Of a stretch of DNA of 64,000 bases, positions 59,001-64,000 are shown in pieces. This DNA comes from Callorhinchus milii (Eukaryota). Position 1 is the first letter of the stretch. Each line of letters starts with the position of its first letter. The notes beneath the pieces are model-generated. The model was not told where the DNA came from, ran no database searches, and was given only the letters and a program-made list of their open reading frames with translations. The position numbers were made by a program, and so were the translations under genes. The stretch covers positions 22,694,001-22,758,000 of the forward strand of contig NW_024704742.1 of assembly GCF_018977255.1 (NCBI RefSeq), given 5' to 3'.

Positions 59001-61819
59001 AGAGCAGCGAGGGGCATTTGCATCCAGGCCCTCAGATATACTGTCTAAAACAATAGCGCTACACTGTGTATACAAAAAGGCTTGTGAGCAGCTTCCGCAT
59101 CCTGATGCTGTTCACAAGTAGCAGGAAATAATGAAATTGTGAACTTTCTGGGTTCTTGCACAGCCCCATTCACTTTGAGTATGTTAGAAGTCTTCAGCTA
59201 TTCTGACAACATTTCGTAGTTATTTATAAAATCTACCTTTATTGAAAAGGTACTGAATGGTGAAACGCAGCAGTCAGAAAACCTTCCAGGTTTGTGGTTT
59301 ACTGTCTGATACAGCAAAGAGACGTCCATCAAAAGAAATGCAAATGTGATAGATACATGATTCATTCCACATGAAGTGTGTTGGAAAGCTTGGTGAAGTG
59401 GAAAGCTTGGGGAAGGGAGCTCAAAATTTGTGACAACCTTCAGCCAGCTCTTCTGTGATTGGCACAAATTCACAACCAACTGTGCGATGTCTGTGATATC
59501 ATGTTTGCTGTGCCTCGTTTTTATAAATTGAGATAAACTTTCTCGTGGGAGTAGAATTAAAGCTAAATAAGCTGCTTTTCAATTCTCTGATAAAAAAACA
59601 TAGGGACAGGACTAAGCCTTTTAGCTCATTCAGCTTGTTCTGCTATTTAAATTGATGGTAGCTCTTTATCATTTTCATACCATTTATTTCCATATTACTA
59701 CATTACTTTTTTCTCCCCGCTATGCCTCTGCATCTATCGCATTTGGAGACAGTTCATAGCACATTCTCACAACTCTGTGTGAAATCTTTTCTGAATTCAC
59801 GTTTACTTGGCTTAGCTCTATTTTAAGATTATATATGTTGGAGATGTGTGTTGCCTAAATTTACAATTTAATGCAGTAGAAATTTACATTTATATAGTGC
59901 CTTTCACATTGGGAGGACATCGCAAGGCACTTAAATTATTCTCTGATTGTTTAGTGTCTGAGAACTGTTGTTACAATACTTGCAATAGCTCATCTGCATT
60001 CTGAAGAGAGTTCAGATATTGTTTGTACACCGACCACTATTTTTAATACCGTGGAAGACTTTTCAGTAAAATAACCTTCAGGTATGCAGGTTTGAAATTG
60101 CTCTAATTCATAAAGAAATCAAAATATATTTGCTATCAGGAATCTTAGAGATGAAATGTAGCTGGCCAACTATGCTCCAAATCTCTGGTGTTCCCTGCCT
60201 CAATCCCTCCTTCTTGCCTCCTCTTTGCCCTTCTTAAAATCACACCTGAAGGTTTTCCTCTTTGACCTTTGATTACCTCCCCTCTCTTTCCTGCTGTGAT
60301 GTGCTCCGAGGCATTACCTGCGCAAAGTACACTATATAAATACAAGTTGTTGTTGATCAGTAAAATTAATGACCTCAGTAGTGCGCACCCATACTCTGTT
60401 ATAAATCAGGTAAGATCCTTTACGCAACAAAAGAATTGTGCCTCTCTGATACTGAATTCAAGAATTCAAAGCAATGGAAAATTTGATGCACGACTGGTGG
60501 TCTGAAATCTTCACAGCTTTGTTATTGTGGCCTGATATCAAACTACAACACTGTTATGCTCTCTGAGACCCTAATCCATGTGAAGGGTGCTATATAAATG
60601 CAAGTTGTTGTTGAAGGGTCTGATGTAGTTTTCATTAAATATCCTGCAGTTGGCATCAAAACTGCAATCGCTGAGCATTGCTACATAGGTAAACTCTTCA
60701 GTCTGGACTGATGTTGCAGTGGTAAACAGAATGTCAACCAACCATTGGACTTTTGGCCATTTTGCAAAACTAACACTGTGTAACAATACTTCCGAGTATT
60801 GTTGGTTTCTCTTTTATTGAAAAGTGCCCTTGATTCCCCAGTATTTTTTAAATGATTTACATTTGAACCATTGACCCACAATAGGCTTGAATTTAGAAAC
60901 GGAAGCTGCTGTGTTAGCCTTGCCTTCTGATTTGTGACTGAAGTCAGGTGATTCCTGGTCAAGGTAGGTCAAAAATCAGCGACAAGTCTCGCCATTTGGA
61001 AAGTGGCCAAAGGCTGATTTGCTTTTACTGTCAGAGTTTTACTTTAGGGCTCTTTCTCATCCAAAAAATGACCTGAAAAATCAGACAAAAAGGCCAGAAA
61101 GCAAAACCGGGCTTTTACCAATCTCCAGGACTGCACGTTTCCAGGATTTATTTTGCAGTTTTGTGTCTCAAAACGGAAGTCTACTTTATTATCACAGCTG
61201 TTTCTTACCAGCGAATACCATAAATTTCAACTCCAATACTACAGCATACAAAAGGTTAAAAATAAACCCTAAACTTGTCTGTGCAGATATTTCTGATATG
61301 AACTCATCAAAATCAGTTATTAGGTCATGCATCATATGCAACTGGACCTAAAGCAAAATCCCCCTTTTAGTTTGACAGCATGGAAAGCAGCCATTCTGGT
61401 TTAATCACTGGTTACTTACTGCCTGTACTTAAGACTGACTCAGACCAGGGTCCTTTGAATAAGCTCAGAAAGGCCATGTTTGGAGAGTTGAAATGATGCC
61501 CACTAAGCAGGAACCTAACTTGGCAGTGTTACATGCCTGGGTCGTTTCAGCCAGGTTTGGGCACTATCATTATTCAGAAGTTGGGTGGGTGGTGCGGGAG
61601 GGAGGGTTTTAAAACACATTCTAATGTAATTTCTTCAATCAAAGGAATGGCATCTATTTAGAGATTTATTAGATGTGGAAGTGCCTACTTGTGCCAAGCA
61701 GTAGAATGGATTTCATGCACAGGAACTCTTCGTAGGTCAGTTGCAGGCGCACAAATTCTAAGCCGATCCTTTGCATCCCTTGACATAACTCGTACATGGC
61801 TGACTTCTGCATCCGCTGC
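55906..61819 (-). CDS. NR3C2: Mineralocorticoid receptor (NR3C2), last three coding exons of the ligand-binding domain; 5'-partial
   Basis: Exons of 131, 158 and 156 coding nt splice in frame to [49 protein letters not shown]...[14 protein letters not shown]...[13 protein letters not shown]...FCFYTF...[15 protein letters not shown]...LYFHKK*. FEEMR, KELRR, DQLP and LYFH are MR-like rather than GR-like, and the neighbour is ARHGAP10. Confidence 0.9.
58648..58805 (-). CDS. NR3C2: NR3C2 penultimate exon: [52 protein letters not shown]
   Basis: acacag| acceptor, |gtaagt donor on - strand, 158 nt, phase 1-0. Confidence 0.94.
61689..61819 (-). CDS. NR3C2: NR3C2 LBD exon: [43 protein letters not shown]
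   Basis: aaacag| acceptor, |gtaggc donor on - strand, 131 nt, phase 2-1; not in the ORF track, read manually. Confidence 0.93.
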
Positions 61820-62599
61820 CTGTTTAAAAACAAAGTTAAAGATTACATTGACGTCAACTGCATTTCATCACATTGTCTGGTCAACGGGAACTGTATTACA
61901 TGCAAATAGAAGACCTTTTCATTCAAAGAACCACAATAGACTGCGAGTGAAGATCAGATAATCATGTGTTCAGATCAGCTTAACTATACTTTGCAGTTAC
62001 TATTATATGCCTTGAAATTCGGGACTTTGAGCTAGCTCATAGCCTAGGCTGACACTCTAATTGCAGTGTTGCGGAGTTCTGCCTTGGTGGAGATGCCGTA
62101 TTTCGGATGAATTATTAAACCCAAGGGCATGTTATTTGAAAAGAGAGAGGAGTTTCTCCTGGGGTCCTGGCAAACACTCCCCCTGATAAAATTGGTCATT
62201 CACTTCATGGCTTTACTGCCTGGAGCCTTGGGATGTCTCACCAACATGAAAGGCGCTATAATAAATGCGATTAGTTACTTTCTGGGGCATGGCTGTGCGC
62301 AAATTGGCTGTGACAATATTACACAGTCACTCAACTCTACAATAAAATCTGGTTCAGTGCTTTGAGACCTTTCAACGATATGATGAGGCTCTATATCAAA
62401 TACAAGGATTATTTATTTATTGATGCAGAGAATTTCATTGTCCTGTACTGTCGGACATGATATCTTTGTAATCTGTGCGTTCCTTATGCCAGAATCTGCA
62501 GGTGGCTTTCATATCAATTTGGTACCACAGAATATGTAGTACCGCTACCACTAATATTACACATCAATTTTATCCGCACAAAACTCTGCACCCCTTTCA

Positions 62600-63340
62600 C
62601 ACCAGTGCTTGCTCCAGGCTCCACTGGCTCCCAATTACTGAATGGATAGATTTCAAATGAGTGATCCTCTCACTTGTTTTCAAATCCCTTCATACCCTTG
62701 CACCTCCCTACCTATCCGATTTGCTTACCCCTGATTTGCTTCCACGCGGCTGGCTCCAGCCTCCTGTTTGTCCCTCGTCCCCTCCACTCCAACATTGGTG
62801 ACCATGCCTTCATCCACTAACTCTGGAACTCTCTCCCTCAATCCCTCTACCTCTCTCCCCACTTTCAAATCCCGCCTAAAGGCCTTCCTTTATGATTGTG
62901 CTTTCAGTCACCTTCCCCCTCCCTCTCCCCTTGGCTCGGTGTCAGACTCCACCACTGTCAAGCTCTCCAGGATGCTACCCGGCATGAAGGGCGCTATATT
63001 AATGCAAGTTGTTTTTGTTATTTCACTCCCTCCGCTCAGTGTACTCTGGCCTGCTTCACGTCCTCCACCTTGCTCGCCCCACTATTGGTCGGCAGGCCTT
63101 CCACCACTCTGCACCCTCTGGAACTCCATCTCGCAGTCCCTCCGACCCGCCCCCTCCCTCGCCACCTTCAAGACCCACCTCAAAACTCTCCGCTTTGTCC
63201 GTGCTTTCGATCTCCCTGCTTCCCCCCCTGCCCTCCACCCTCCCCCACTCCGACCCTCAGCTCTGTCTGTCCAGCGCCTTGGGACGTCCTGCCGACGTAA
63301 AAGGCGCTATACAAATGTAATTTTGTTGTTGTTGTTGTTG
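62600..63340 (+). mobile_element. Two tandem L2 3'-end fragments (about 62600-63012 and 63025-63340)
   Basis: RLHWLPITEWIDFK and LWNSISQSLR..PSLATFKTHLKT peptides; tails ending GGCGCTATA..AATG(C/T)AA plus (TTG)n. Confidence 0.8.
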
Positions 63341-64000
63341 TCGTTATTCCTCATCTTCATTGACAGATTATTCTTTAACCTGGATATGTTGGGAGAAGAA
63401 ATGTGCCATTCCCTCTCCTTGCTTGGCTCTCCCACATGTACTGTTCTCATGGGTTGACAGGATGTTAGAACGATCTCCTCACACAAATCTGAAACCGGCC
63501 GCTGGAAAGTGCACCGTGGGCACAAACCCACATCCTGCTGCTTTGCTCCTCAGCCTGTTGGTATTCAGTGTGAAGCAGCACAATGCGCTGTGTGTTTGCG
63601 TGACAAGAATCATTAACATATACCCCTCCCTTATAGCAAGAACCTTTTTACCATCGAAGTTTCAACAAGCCTTTTTTGCCCAATAGCACAACCATTAATA
63701 AGGTTATTCCTGTTAACATGATGAACGAGCCCTAAGAAATTCATATAGATATTACTTAAATGTTTCAGTTATAAGAAAAAGTTTGCTTTCAAATGTGAAA
63801 CTAATTAAAGTGTGTAAACTGAGTCTACCAAGCAATCTTACTGATGGTATCTCTACAAATATATCCTCAATGTTGCAAGACATATGTTTTTTTCCATTAA
63901 CTGATAAAAATGTGAATAATTATGCAAACAACACCACTCCTTCCTGTTCAACAGGCAAAGTGAAACTGAGGTGTAATGCACCCAGTGACACAGAACCACT

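Noticed and set aside
60745..61060. Inverted segments (TTTTGGCCATTTTGCAAA versus TTTGGAAAGTGGCCAAAG)
   Set aside because: The pairings found do not nest into one hairpin, and no TIR/TSD boundaries could be defined
55906..61819. Alternative call as glucocorticoid receptor NR3C1 with ARHGAP26
   Set aside because: FEEMR, KELRR, DQLP and LYFH in the receptor, and KQYLRSLPEP and AVYSCEAEH in the RhoGAP, fit NR3C2/ARHGAP10 better; a phylogeny would be decisive
62768..63457. Longest ORF in the track (229 aa)
   Set aside because: Read-through of two tandem L2 3' fragments, antisense within an NR3C2 intron

Overview
Eukaryotic vertebrate genomic DNA, most likely a cartilaginous fish with a compact genome (chimaera/elephant-shark-like, inferred from the SINE/CR1/L2 repertoire and short introns). 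The + strand carries the last 18 coding exons (4328-53491; 1833 nt spliced, 610 aa plus stop, all GT-AG and phase-compatible) of a GRAF-family BAR-PH-RhoGAP-SH3 gene, best matching ARHGAP10/GRAF2. Its 5' exons lie upstream of the window. Converging tail-to-tail on the - strand are the last three ligand-binding-domain exons of a 3-ketosteroid receptor, best matching NR3C2 (mineralocorticoid receptor). The stop codons are only about 2.4 kb apart. Introns are filled with tRNA-derived Deu-domain SINEs, L2 and CR1 LINE remnants (one nearly full-length CR1 with an SGNH-esterase ORF1), a hAT-type MITE with perfect TIRs and an 8-bp TSD, and microsatellites. Most ORFs in the supplied track are spurious or TE-derived. 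I found no convincing wholly new biological system. The best leads are opposed poly(A) signals between the two genes, inverted young SINEs flanking two RhoGAP exons, a degenerate hammerhead-like motif, a GRE-like motif carried by the young SINEs, and several unexplained local duplications and repeats. All family assignments are from recalled sequence knowledge, not database searches.
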